From: Selaginella moellendorffii
Lineage: Eukaryota; Plantae; Lycopodiophyta
Assembly (NCBI RefSeq): GCF_000143415.4
Contig: NW_003314283.1
Span: 568,752 to 632,751, forward strand
Direction of reading: 5' to 3'
Length of the DNA stretch: 64,000 bases
Shown one piece after another: positions 48,932 through 60,582 of the stretch (position 1 is its first letter; each line of letters begins with the position of its first letter). The notes under the pieces are model-generated. The model ran no database searches. It was not told where the DNA came from and saw only the letters and a program-made list of their open reading frames with translations. The translations under genes and the position numbers were made by a program.

Positions 48932-49535
48932 CCGGTCTCGGTCTCGACTTCGGACTCCATCTCGGACTCCGTCTCGGACTCCATCTCGGACTCCATCTCG
49001 GGTCCATCTCGGACTCCATCTCGGGTCCATCTCGGACTCCATTTCGGGTCCATCTTGGACTCCATCTCGGGTCCATCTCGGACTCCATCTCGGACTCCAT
49101 TTCAAGTCTATCTCGGGTCCACCTCGGACTCCATCTCGGACTCCATCTCAGACTCCATTTCGGGTCCATCTCGGGTCCACCTCGGACTCCATCTCGGACT
49201 CCGTCTCGGACTCCATCTCGGGTCCATCTCGGACTCCACTTCGGACTCCAACTCAGGTCCATCTCGGACTCCACTTCGGACTCCAACTCGAGTCCATCTT
49301 GGACACTTCCACGTGTCATGTATTGGTCCTTTTGGGTCCCTTTTTGGAGCCTCGGTTTTTGCTCGCTTCGTGCTCGTTCCTCGAGCACTTCGTTAGGAGT
49401 TCCACTCCCGCTCTTGACTTTTCAAGTCGGAGCTTTTGGTCCAAACGTGTTACACTCGTTTGGCTCTCGCTTCAGCCACTACCACGTGGCACCCTTCCGG
49501 CTCCACTTTGGGGCCTAGGGATTTTGTGTCTCACA
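47781..49535. mobile_element. Nested solo-LTR-like insertion in gag
   Basis: Termini TGTAAG...CTCACA; flanked by TTGCA (47776-47780) and CTGCA (49536-49540); removing it rejoins gag (…ADCLQLKNK…). Confidence 0.75.
48776..49300. repeat. Minisatellite: 6-bp units (GGACTC/GGGCTC/GGTCTC) grading into 12-bp units (CTCGGACTCCAT/CTCGGGTCCAT)
   Basis: Directly visible tandem array; produces stop-free low-complexity ORFs on both strands. Confidence 0.93.
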
Positions 49536-52500
49536 CTGCAATTGAAGAACAAGTAGCAGGATAAGTAGAATGGCCAATCTTCTTCTCACGGTAAGTCGGA
49601 TATTAAAAAGTTGCAAACTTTGCAGCTTGAGGATGAGGAGAACGACTCGGAGGAAGCGACTTTCGATCGTTGCTCGTCAACTCAACTGTGTGTGGAACAA
49701 GATGGAGCTCGAGGATACGCGTGAATCAGCTTTAATGCTGGAGGGCATGTTCCGTGGCAATCCAATGCGGATTTTACTGGATAGTGGGAGCAATGACAAC
49801 TTTGTTTCGGCAAAGTTTGTTGCGGAGCATGGCCTGGTCACACGCGGTGTTCTTCCATACACAGTGGAGGGTGCACCTACCTTTACTCAGCATTTCGATG
49901 CTTGTGTCGAGGGGCTGGAAGTGTTGGTTGGCAAAACCACACTTGTGGAGATTTTTTATCTCGCGGATATCCATCGTGTGGATCTCATTCTTGGGATGCC
50001 ATGGTTGGTGAAGGTGGATCCAAAGATAAAGTGGAGCATTAAGTGTATCTCGTTGGAGTATGGTAGCGTTAAAGATGTGTGGTTTGGCGAGGGCATTCAA
50101 CCACTAGTTGTTATGCTCTCTACTACATCTTTAAAGCGGGCTTGTCGTAATGGAAAAGCACTTTTGAGTTACTTGCTGTTTGTTCGTGACTTGGGCGACC
50201 AAGGCACGTGTGGGGGAGAAGCAACAGTATGGGATGTACTAGACGAGTTTTTTGATGTTTTTCCACATGAACTTCTGCATGGGTTGCCTCCATTACGAGG
50301 TGTGAAGTATGGGATTACATTGGAGCTGGGGACACGGCCCATTTACCGGCGTCCATTCCAGTTAAGTTATGCGGAGGAGCAAGAAGTTCAATGACAAGCC
50401 AAGGAGTTACTTGAGTTTGGATTTATTCAGCCAAGTAAGTCTCTGTTTGGTGCTCCGATCTTGCTTGTGAAGAAGAAGGACGGTTCAATGTGAATGTGTA
50501 TTGACTACTGCGCTTTGAACAAGAAGACAGTGAAGGATAAGATGCCGATGCCATGTGTGGATGATATCCTGGACAAGTTTGGTGAAGCACGAGTGTTTAC
50601 CAAGATTGATATAAGGAGTGGATATCATTAGATTGCAATAGATGATGCATCTATTTCTAAGACGGCATTCAACACAAGCTTCGGACATTTTGAGTTTACA
50701 GTTATGCCGTTTGGTTTGATGAATGCACCTGCCACATTTACTCGGTTGATGACGGAAGTATTTGGGCGTTATCTTCATGAGTTTGTGGAGATTTTCTTGG
50801 ATGATATTATTGTTTTTAGCAAGAATATGGAGGAGCATAGGGTGCATTTGCGCAAGGTTCTTTTGCTACTTCGAGACAACAAACTTTATGCGAAGAAGAG
50901 CAAATGTGAATTTGCAAAGTCGGAGGTGGAATATCTAGGCCATATTGTGACATCTAAGGGTGTCAAAACGGATCCAAGGAAGGTGGCTGTAGTGGAAAAC
51001 TGACCTACACTGACTACAGTGGCCGAGTTGCACAGTTTTCTTGGTATGGCTAATTACTACTGACATTTCCAGCATAAGTTTGCAGAGGTGGCTATTCCTT
51101 TGACGCAGTTATTACGCAAGTAGGTGCAATTCGAGTGGAAGAAGCCACAAGAGGAGAGTTTTGTGGCACTGAAACGATTGTTGAGCGAGACTCCAGTGCT
51201 TCGCATTGCTGATCCATCGAAACCTTACGAGGTGACATGCGATGCGAGTAGTTATGCATTGGGAGGAGTTCTCATGCAAGAGGGATAGACTATTGCATAT
51301 AAGAGTCGAACTTTGAATTCCGCGGAGCAACGCTATTCCACATATAAACAAGAGCTACTTTTTATTGTTCATGCTTTGCGGATGTGGCGGCACTATCTTT
51401 ATGGTGCAGTGTTCATAGTGTTGACAGATCACAAACCATTTGTGTATCTTTTCACACAGAAGGAGTTGAATACTAGGCAAGCTTGTTGGATGGTCAAACT
51501 CATGGAGTTTGGGGAGTTTCCTATTGAGCATCGTCTGGGAAAATCAAATGTGGTGGCAGATGCTTTATCTCGTGTTCATCATGTGACGACGTTACAACAA
51601 CGATTTTGTTATCATTTGAGTAAGGTGGTCAGCAAGTTTGGGTAGTTAGTTGAGCATGCTCATGCTTAGGATGCTGAGGTGGCCTCTTTGCGAGCCCAGA
51701 TGGAAGCCCCTTTCTCATTGGTGGATGGGATTCTCTACTACAATGGCCGTGTATATTTGCCACGGGTGGATATGTTAATTACTCAAGTTTTATTCCACTA
51801 TCATGATCGTCCAGAGGCCGGTCATTTTGGGGGGAAGAAGACATATGAGTTGATTAAGCGCAACTTTTATTAGAGGAATAGGAAGGTTAATATCCTCAAG
51901 TATTGTAAATCATGTGAGCTTTGTCAGCGGGTTAAGGTGCCACAGGAGAAGCTGGGGGGACTTTTGCAACCTTTACTTATTCCTCAGAGCCGTTGGTGTA
52001 ATATCTTTATAGACTTCATCACTTGTTTGCCACAAACACAGAGGCAAAAGGAGCAAGTATGGGTTATAGTGGATCGGTTGACGAAGTATATGCAGTTGTT
52101 GGCTCTTTGGAAGACTGTCACTGCCTCAAACTTGGTTGCAGTTTACTTGGAGAAGGTTTTTTCTGATTTTGGTTTGCCAAAGGACATCATTAGTGATTGA
52201 GATTCAAAGTTCACCAGTGGATTTTGGAAAAGTTTTGCAAAGGCTATGCAAGTGACTTTGAAACTCTCAAGTGGAGATCATCCTTAGATGGATGGGCAAA
52301 CTGAGCGTGTAAATCAGGTGGTGGAGGATATGCTACGTTGTAGCATTCGTCAAAGGCAAGGACAGTGGGATTTATATCTTCCATTGGTGCAATTTGCTTA
52401 TAACAATAGCCAACACAGTGGAACCAAACTAAGTCCTTACTTTGCTATGTTTGGAAGGCATCCTCGAACAGCAGTGGAATTGGGATTGCATATGAGTAAG

Positions 52501-53804
52501 GACGTTCAAGATAAGCTTGATTCTGAGGCAACTAATCTAGCCACAGAACTTGATGAGATTCTGGTGGTGTGCAAATGGAATTTGCAAGTAGCTCAGGATA
52601 GAGCGGAGAAGTTTGCCAATGAGCATCACCAATTCCGGGAATATAAGGTGGGTGATCTCGTCTTTGTGCGAGTGATTTTTCCGTCAAGTGAGCGGCGGAA
52701 CACCTTGGTGCCTTTACAAACAGGGAAGAGTGATAAACTTTCCTATTGATATGCTAGTCCATATGAAGTGCTGGAGTGCATTGGTAAAGCGCTTATCGGG
52801 TGCGGCTGCCAGCTGGGGTGAAAATTCATCCGGTATTTTATGTTAGCCAATTGAAAAGTGTACTATCTCGGAGTGATGGGCCCAATGCCTCCTTGATGTA
52901 TACAGCTGTGAAAGATGGACCAGGAGCTTGAGTAGGGTTTCCCTAGAAAGGGTGATCACCGGTACAACTCGTCCTTGGGACAAGGACTTTGTTGGGGGGG
53001 GGGAAGAATTGTTAAGCGCCAGCTTTAACTACGTGGTCAACGTCGGTCAAAGGGAGGCTCAAGGGTATATTAAGGCATGTTAGGGTAAGGGACTTAACCT
53101 ACCCTAGGGCTCACAGTGGAGCGGTGGTGTAGTGGAGCTTTTGAGGTAGCTCGGGGGTGGTTGGGTGGTGAAGAACTTCAAAAGGTGGCATAGCATAGTC
53201 TAGGGCAACTAAATCTTTGTCTTTTTATACCGGATTATAACATTGCTAGATTGAGAGCTCAGTATCCCACCCAAGCCAAGTTACAAACCTCTTGAGCTTG
53301 AACTCCAAACGGACCCAGACGTCCATCTATCTGGTTGAGGACCATGATGAAGCCCAGATGGGAGAACTACCCCACTGCCAGTGCCATCTTGCTCGGTTGC
53401 TTCTGCTGTGAGAATGAGAAGAATCTGACCTTGCAGCCTCACTCTTTATTTGCCTGAAGGTCAAGCCAAAACGAAGCCACCTCCCGCAAATGCGAATTGT
53501 TAGTCTCGTGCTGCTGACGAGATGAAAAATACCTTCTTTAACATTAAGGAGCCCAAGGCAAACGACATGAGGCGTTGAAATGAGCTCCAGAACCTTCCCT
53601 GCGACCATTATTTGCGTAGATCCACTGACAATTGTGCAATCTAAAAAAAAACTAGATTCCGCCACAGCGTATATTATACATCAAACGCTAGGAACCATTG
53701 AAAGCCTCCATAGCCTCAAAAGAATCAACAAACAAAAATACAATCACCGTGTGGCATCCTAATCAATTAGTGGAATCTTTACAGAATCTCTAATAAAGAA
53801 CAAT

Positions 53805-54612
53805 TCATCGAGTCCATAGTTCTCGCAGCTCCAAATCTACGTTCAAAGAGGAACTTCTGAAAACATCAATCTTCTCGTACTGGGTGTCATTTGTGTGGGT
53901 GGGATCTTTACACACATTTACGCACTGTTCTCTAGATACCTGGAAAAGTATTTTTACATCATGCTTAGACGGAGTGAAACAAAACAACAGTGTGAAGATT
54001 CTTAAATGCAGGTAAAATCTACAAAGACAAAACTATTCAGTGCGCCGCAAGCACAAGGACGCCCTAGCAGCACCTTGAGCACCTTTCAATGCTAGGGCGC
54101 TTAACCATCTACTTCAAACCGCTGTAAAAAAAAGGATATAGAAAAGAGCAAAGTAGGATAAAATCTAGAGTGTTTTTTTACCTTGCACTACTACCCACTG
54201 GAAAACTGACACCGTGATTGCAGCACTGAGCTCACACGCCCACTTAGTTGGATGAAATAGCTTTTGAAACTATATCACATTGGATCATTCATATTATAGA
54301 TAAAACCCAGCAAAATCTTTGATACCGTTTCTGAAGGCATGATGGATAGGAGAAACTCACGAACAAAAGCTCGCTGCTCCACAGGAGTTCTTTCCCGAAG
54401 AACACCTCGCGATAACTAGCTCTTCCTACATTATACATACAAGAACAATGTAAACCATGTAAGAATCTTGGCACGTGAACACCATTGAATCTTTGGTAGA
54501 TTCAATCCGGATTCCGAAAGAGCACACAAAGAAAGGAAGATTCAAAAAAGAGGAAGAATTAATCCACAAGCATGGCGCCACAAGGTTAAGAACCTCAACT
54601 GAGCTGGGTGGC
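53805..54612 (-). pseudogene. Degenerate D27-like copy with internal inversion and a remnant tRNA-Lys at 54578-54612
   Basis: Blocks match 38730-39420; 53969-54035 is inverted; CCACAAGGTTAAGAACCT-CAACTGAGCTGGGTGGC matches the tRNA-Lys with a deletion. Confidence 0.85.
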
Positions 54613-55229
54613 CTGATTTAAAGTTGTACCAGATATTAGTTCGCATCCTATCCCACGTATAGAACCGATCCTTCGTCTATTGAGTCCAGCTCGAGCCAAC
54701 CTTGCTTCCAGTCATGGCTGGTCCTCTGTTGTGAATCGTGTCCGATAGAAGGCATCCAGCTCTAGAGTTCATGCATCTGCTCCACGCTTGTCACCGTCAT
54801 GGTTTCAATGTGGCTTTGATCCAATCAAGGGCTAGCCGTCCAGTCAGTCGGGGCTCACTCTAGGAAGACTCGATTACTCTCTTAGGTCTGATGTTCTCGT
54901 CTAGTAAGAGTAAGACCAGTAAGGTCCACATGTCCTTGATCAAAGGAGATGTGGAAGTTCTTATAAGATCGATTCCACTTGGCTCTGGCGCGAGATCGAG
55001 CACTAGAAAACTTGCCAATTGGTACATATGGCGATTTCCAGAGAGTAGCATTTGCTCCATGACGGGGGTCTCTAATTGTTCTGATGCTTCTTGAGCCTCG
55101 GGGAAAGATCAATCCCCGTCACCGCAGAAAACGATGTCCCTTCTGCCTTCTCATGGCATACATAGATAGACAAATCCATGACATAATCATGTCCCATCTC
55201 ACAACTTTATCGAATCGCAATGAGCCACG

Positions 55230-56045
55230 CCATAACACTGCGCACCGTGATTGAGCTCGCACGCCCACGTAGTTGGAGGAAATAACTTTATCACATGTTA
55301 GAGATAAAAATCAGCAGGAGAGCCTCAGGAACAAGAGCTCGCTGGAGTTCTTCCCAAAGAACACCTCGCAATACATCCACAAATCCATCATATCATCTTG
55401 TTACTAGCTCTTCCTGCATTTTAAATACAAGAACAATGTAAACCATGTAAGAATCTTGGCAAAGAGGGACATGAACGCTCTTTCAAAGATTATATCTTCG
55501 ATAGATTCAATCGGGATTCCGAAAGAACACCGTTGAAATCCAGGTAGCTATAGAGATGAATGGAGTGACAATAATTTGCATCCTAGCTAAGAAACAATAA
55601 CAATAACAATGATGTAATAATAACGATAATGTCTTTTTCTTTTTCTTTGCAATGAACATCAAACAACAGTTTAGATATCCAGATGGCACACTATTCATTT
55701 TTATTTCCAAGGATTTAAACTAAGTTAGACCTTTAACACAATAAGTAGAGTCTAGTGAGCAAAATTTCTATGATTTACAAAGAATATAAACTTACAAAGC
55801 TGGAAACATGATTGCTTTAGTGCTGGATCTTCTTCGAGAGTGGGCAGAGTCCAACTCCAAATCTACAACAAAATGTTCAAGAGTGATAAGGAAGAACATA
55901 TGATAACATCAATCTTCTTGAGAATATTTCCTAGGGGAAATTTTTAACACATTTACACACATTCCAGCACAAGTGCTGTTCTATACACCGGGAAAAGTAT
56001 TTTTACATCATGCTTAGACGGAGTGAAACAAAACAGCAGTGTGAT
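55230..56045 (-). pseudogene. Further D27-like remnants (55230-55530, 55780-56045) flanking an inverted FMO 3'-end fragment (55540-55680)
   Basis: GCAAAGAGGGACATGAACGCTCTTTCAAAGAT and CACATTTACACACATTCCAGCAC match D27 exons; 55550-55680 is the reverse complement of ~56420-56550. Confidence 0.8.
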
Positions 56046-56475
56046 TTCTTACACCATGTCTTAATGAATAATCATTGATGCAGGGAAGTTATCAATTGCC
56101 TAGGCGGAAAAAAAGAAGTGTTGTGACACGTAATGTATTGACCAGCATTGACACTTAGCTTTTTGCAGTGGACTTGCTATGTCACATGTTTATAGTTATT
56201 TCCTCCAAGTCTTCTTCTAAAGTGAAATATAATATTTGTTATTTTAATATTATTCCAATTTCGTTTTCAATGTAACAAAATTATAACAATCAAAACAGTA
56301 TTTGTTATGGATTGGGTCGATTGGATTGCATTGACTGGATGGATGGAAACTGGAGCGAGGAACAAGAGAGAGAGAGGAAAGAAATTCCCATTTTCGCCTG
56401 GCAGCAAATAGGTAGTATATATATGTTTAAACTATTGTTTGATGTTCATTACAAAGAAAAACAAAGGAATTATTG

Positions 56476-58170
56476 TTATTGTTGTTGTTTCTTAGCCAGG
56501 ATGGCCACCACCTTTTCATGGAAATCATTGTCATTCCATTCATCTCTATAGATACCTGGATTGAGCTTCTTGTTATCTAGTGTGCTTAGACAGAGCTCCT
56601 TCCTCCAAGGCTCAAAGCCATGGCAAGTTCCTCCACACTGCTTTGCTATCCATTCAGCATAGTCGAACTGAAACACCAGGCATTAGAAACTAGAAGAGAT
56701 CGTTGGATACGAAAAACACTAGAAAAAATCATTTTTAAAAAAAACAAACCGTCTCGAGATATAGATGGTTAGTGTATCGTTTTGGAACACCCTGAGCTTC
56801 GAGAGTTCTGTAAAAGTCCACGACTTCGTTTGCCATCTCTCCTTTCGATGGTAAACTCGCTCGTCCCTTGAGCACGGCAGCAATCCATTTAGCTTGTAGC
56901 TCGCTCAAAGGAAAAGCGATAGTCTGGAAAGGACGACAACTTAGATGGAAGAGCTCGAAGAAACAAACAATGAAAACCTTGCAAGGCAGGCCAACAAACG
57001 AGAGAGATGGAGCCAATGCAGGAGGAAAGACATGCTTAAACAAGGGCCCAACGCGATTGTCTTCCACTTTAATGTAGCTTTTGGTGTCCAAGAATGAGAA
57101 GTTATATAAGTAACTACAAAAGCACATTATATGAAACGAAAAAGAGAAGGAGAATTCGTAAATTACCCAGTGCAATGCAAAATAACATCCACAACAGCTG
57201 ACATTCCATCCATAAAATGCAATCGTCCGTCTTCGTCAGCTCTTGATATCTAAAAGAAAAAACGTTAGAGAAATACGAGATAAAAAAAACGAAACTTTGA
57301 GCTTACCATCAAGTGTCTTTGGATCTTCCCTTGTTGAAGTGGCTCTGATAAAGAATTCCATGACTTGGCACACCAGTGAACTTTCTTGCAAGCAGCAGCA
57401 ATGTCGCTGCACAAATCTTCGCCGCTTGGACCATTTCCAATGACTGCTACCACCTTGTGAAACAATGAAACTGAAGAGCTTTCCAGGTTTGAAAAATCAC
57501 TAGTTTGATCATCCAAACCTGGTCTTTGAAAGGATCTGGAGTGCGATAGGTATGACTGTGGTAATGTTTTCCAGGCTACCTCTCAATCCCTGTAGAAACA
57601 AAGAGTTCTTCGTTCTATCTATGAAAGTTCTTAGATGCTTTGAGAAGACTTACCAGGAATTTGAGCGACCCTTGGCTGGAAATAATGACCATGACAAACC
57701 ACGACCGCGTCAAACACCTCCTCACTCTCTTTTTCTTCCTTTCCAGCGCTGCTCGAGCTCTTGACGATCCAATTGCTCTCCACCAATCCAACATACTTGA
57801 CTTTGGAGTTAAATCTCACGTAGCCATGGAGCCCGAACTCCACCGCGAAGCTCTCGAGGTAATCCAAGACTTCCTCGTGGCCGGGGAATCTCCTCGCATC
57901 CCTAGACGAGGGGCGAGGCACGAAGGGATAATCCAAGAAGCCCATGACCTCCCGCGGCAAATTCGTGCGCAGGGATTCATACATGCTGCTGTGGCATGAA
58001 TAATTGCGGGCCGCATTTGATGATCCAGAGTGATTCTCTTCATACACCCATGTACCTCCGATTCGCCGCGCTTGCTCGAAGATCACGACGCTGTGGCCCT
58101 CTCGCAGGAGCTCCCGAGCGGCTACGAGACCCGACGCGCCAGCGCCAATCACTGCTACTCTCTTCTCCAT
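56476..58170 (-). pseudogene. Flavin-containing monooxygenase (FMO GS-OX-like clade) with one in-frame nonsense codon
   Basis: VAVIGAGASGL, HSSMYESLRTNLPRE, FDAVVVCHGHY, VIGNGPSGED, HCTG/YLYNFSFL, GPLFKHVFPP; the FMO motif reads GIER*PGKHYHSHTY (TAG at 57576-57578 where TGG is expected). Confidence 0.85.
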
Positions 58171-59806
58171 GGTTCCTTTGATTAGTCCAGTCAGTGACAA
58201 AGAATTAAGCATTAATTTATTGGTAATATTACTTTATCTATATTGACTTTTTGTGTTAATAATAATAAAATTTAAACTTAAAAATATGAAAATTCTCTCC
58301 TTCGATGAACACTAAAATTAATATATATTAGGTGGGAATAGGAAACAAAAATAATTTTCTTATGTTAGTATTGGGATTCCAAGCACTTCCCAGGTAGCTT
58401 CCATGCAAAAACTTTCTAAGAATCATGACCAAGTTGAGAGCTCTTCAAGTAGAGTTCAAACTCTTTCATCTCATTGCAGGCAAGATTTCACTCTCCTTCA
58501 GGTACGCTCAGCCTTCCTTCTAATACAAGAAGTTCTGCTGTGACTTATTGAGGAATTCTTCCTCGAGTTGAGAGCAACTTTTAGGGTAAACCATGTTTTG
58601 CAGTATCTATAGTGGTACAAAAATTGTTTCAACTTTGTAGAAGTTGAAACAATTTCTGTATCACAAGAGGTATTGTAGGAATGAAAGCACTTGCTGCAAA
58701 CACAAGCTCGAGCTCAAACTATGCATCTACTACAGAGTAAACAGTCAACAATCGCTGCAATAAGTCCAGACGAGTAGCTCACAACGTACCATCGTGCTTC
58801 TCACAGGCACGCCAAACTCCATCATAGAGAACAACATATGCAATTGAAGAGCTGGACGAATGGAACTATTATACTCAAACTGGTATTAGTGAAAAAAGAC
58901 ACCATGTCTCACCTGTAGATAGCAGCTGCTTTGAAATCTCACAAGTGGCTACCCAACTAAAATGAAATAAGTGTCAATATGAAATTACTAGTGGATGCTT
59001 ATGCTTCTACGAGACCATATCTAGAGAAGCATACACAAGGAGAGCATGTCAGCCAGCTTCGCTAATTTGTTTCAAATTCATAGCTTCCATTCTGGAAGCT
59101 GTTTCAATCTAAACACAAAACACTTATAGAAGAATGGAAAGAGCTTTACCAACAATCATGTGGTTGTTGATATGAGAAAATACACTCATATTTTCCATAT
59201 TTTCGTTGTGAACAGCCACAAACAACCATTTTATGCCTGTCAAACCGTTTCAGAATATAGACAGGAAGTAGAATAAAAGAGAAGTAGAGTTCTCTTACAA
59301 GAAACTTAGGGAGTATTTTTCCAGACATCCCTTGTCGTAACCTTCACCATCCAAGACCAAAAACAGTGATGTCTCTAGACAGGAAATGTTAATGCAACAA
59401 ACCTCTGCCAATTGAGAAGTTGAAAATTGTTTGCTAGTCCAGCAGCTACCAGTCAATTTCCTTTCTTCTATGGAGACATACTAGGTATTCTGCAAGATTA
59501 CTGCTGTTTAGGGTTCTTTGGATGGCAATCTTCACCTTGACATGCGCAACTCTCGAGATCGTCTGGCAGCAATTGCATTCATAGATGCTATTTGTTGCCG
59601 CTTGAAACTGCGTTGTGGATTGTGCATCCACAAGGCTTCAATCCAAAAGGCTGATAGATAACCTTTGATTTCATTTGTTCCAAGGAAAACACTGCTGTGA
59701 AATTTAAACAAAGTGCAGTAGCAACACACTGAATCCATGCCAAACGATGGCATCAGAATCACCGTCAACCTAATCATCAATCAGCCCTAATCTGGGAGAT
59801 TAGGGC

Positions 59807-60397
59807 ATGAGTTGGCGTGAAGGCAACGCTCACGCAAGTGCTAGGCCAGAGCGCGGGCCTCGGGACGACGATGGAATGGATTGCAGGCCACCTGGGCTTC
59901 CAAAGCGCTGGCTTAGCAACAAGGATGACCATGGAATGGATGACTCTAGCTTGCGCAGGCGACGCTCTGGCAAGCGCAGGCACGACGATGGAATGGATGC
60001 CTCTAGCTTGGGCGACAGGCCGTGCTCCAGGAGCCCCAAGCGTAGGCGCAGCAGCAGGGGCGACGCCTCCCCAAGGCGTCCATGCACGGAGGAGAAGGAG
60101 AAGCTCCACCCCAGCGGGCTTGACGAGGTGGAGGCTATGAAGCATGGCCTCTTTCCAGTTCGTAACGTGGACAATCCTCTGGACGAGGATGGGAAAAAGA
60201 GCGACATCTTCATGTGTGACAAGGCTGCCTACCAGATGCGCAACGATGCTCACCTCCGAGGAACGGAGCTGGGTGCCTGGGTGGCCAAGCGTCTCCGCCT
60301 CGGTGCCTTGTTCGTGCACCACAACTACGACCAGGTACCGGGCTGGAGGGTGATCACACTGTTTGGGCGACACAGCCAACCCGAGGCAAGAAGGTGA
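59807..60397 (+). CDS. Hypothetical GC-rich ORF with three DD(D/H)GMD repeats
   Basis: 196-aa ORF with coding-like GC3; GACGATGGAATGGAT-type units ~57-60 bp apart; possible intron at 60394; no family recognised. Confidence 0.3.
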   Translation: MSWREGNAHASARPERGPRDDDGMDCRPPGLPKRWLSNKDDHGMDDSSLRRRRSGKRRHDDGMDASSLGDRPCSRSPKRRRSSRGDASPRRPCTEEKEKLHPSGLDEVEAMKHGLFPVRNVDNPLDEDGKKSDIFMCDKAAYQMRNDAHLRGTELGAWVAKRLRLGALFVHHNYDQVPGWRVITLFGRHSQPEARR

Positions 60398-60582
60398 TTT
60401 TCTAGTATTGATTCTTTTTCTTTGTCCTCGCAGGTTATTCCGGAATGGCTCAAGCTCCATGGCCAGCAGGATGATGCAGAATGATTATTCATTAAAACGT
60501 GGTTACAGAAATAAAAGTCCCCGCCACATTGGCTGGATCCGACAGCCCAAAAACCTTAGCAACTCTTCCCTATTATTATAGG

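Larger units (their letters stand above)
46579..53242 (+). mobile_element. Full-length but inactivated Ty3/Gypsy LTR retrotransposon
   Basis: LTRs 46579-46803 and 53010-53242 (TGTTA...TAACA); TSD TTGCT; PBS TGGTATCA (tRNA-iMet type) at ~46805; PPT 52994-53009; gag CCHC CHHCGELGHYKADC, protease LLDSGS, RT MPFGLMNAP/FLDDII, RNaseH CDAS, integrase GQTERVNQ; many nonsense codons. Confidence 0.96.
45493..53387 (-). pseudogene. Plant BCS1-clade AAA-ATPase pseudogene split by the Gypsy insertion (pieces 45493-46578 and 53243-53387)
   Basis: DKFKGVTFSW, FKHALTFSSLALDPELKNKIIQDLDSF, GPPGTGKSSLISAIAN, IIMIEDINCS, IIIFTTNHKEDLD, ITPADI; frameshifts and stops; frame is continuous across the TTGCT TSD (…SSQSSN/INKIYD…). 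Confidence 0.85.

Noticed and set aside
48776-49300. CRISPR-like array
   Set aside because: Contiguous tandem units without unique spacers, no cas genes, eukaryotic context
48503-49556. Long ORFs (297, 333, 266, 206 aa) over the tandem array as real SR-like or Gly-Leu proteins
   Set aside because: They arise from stop-free 6/12-bp repeats inside an LTR-like insert; no independent coding signal
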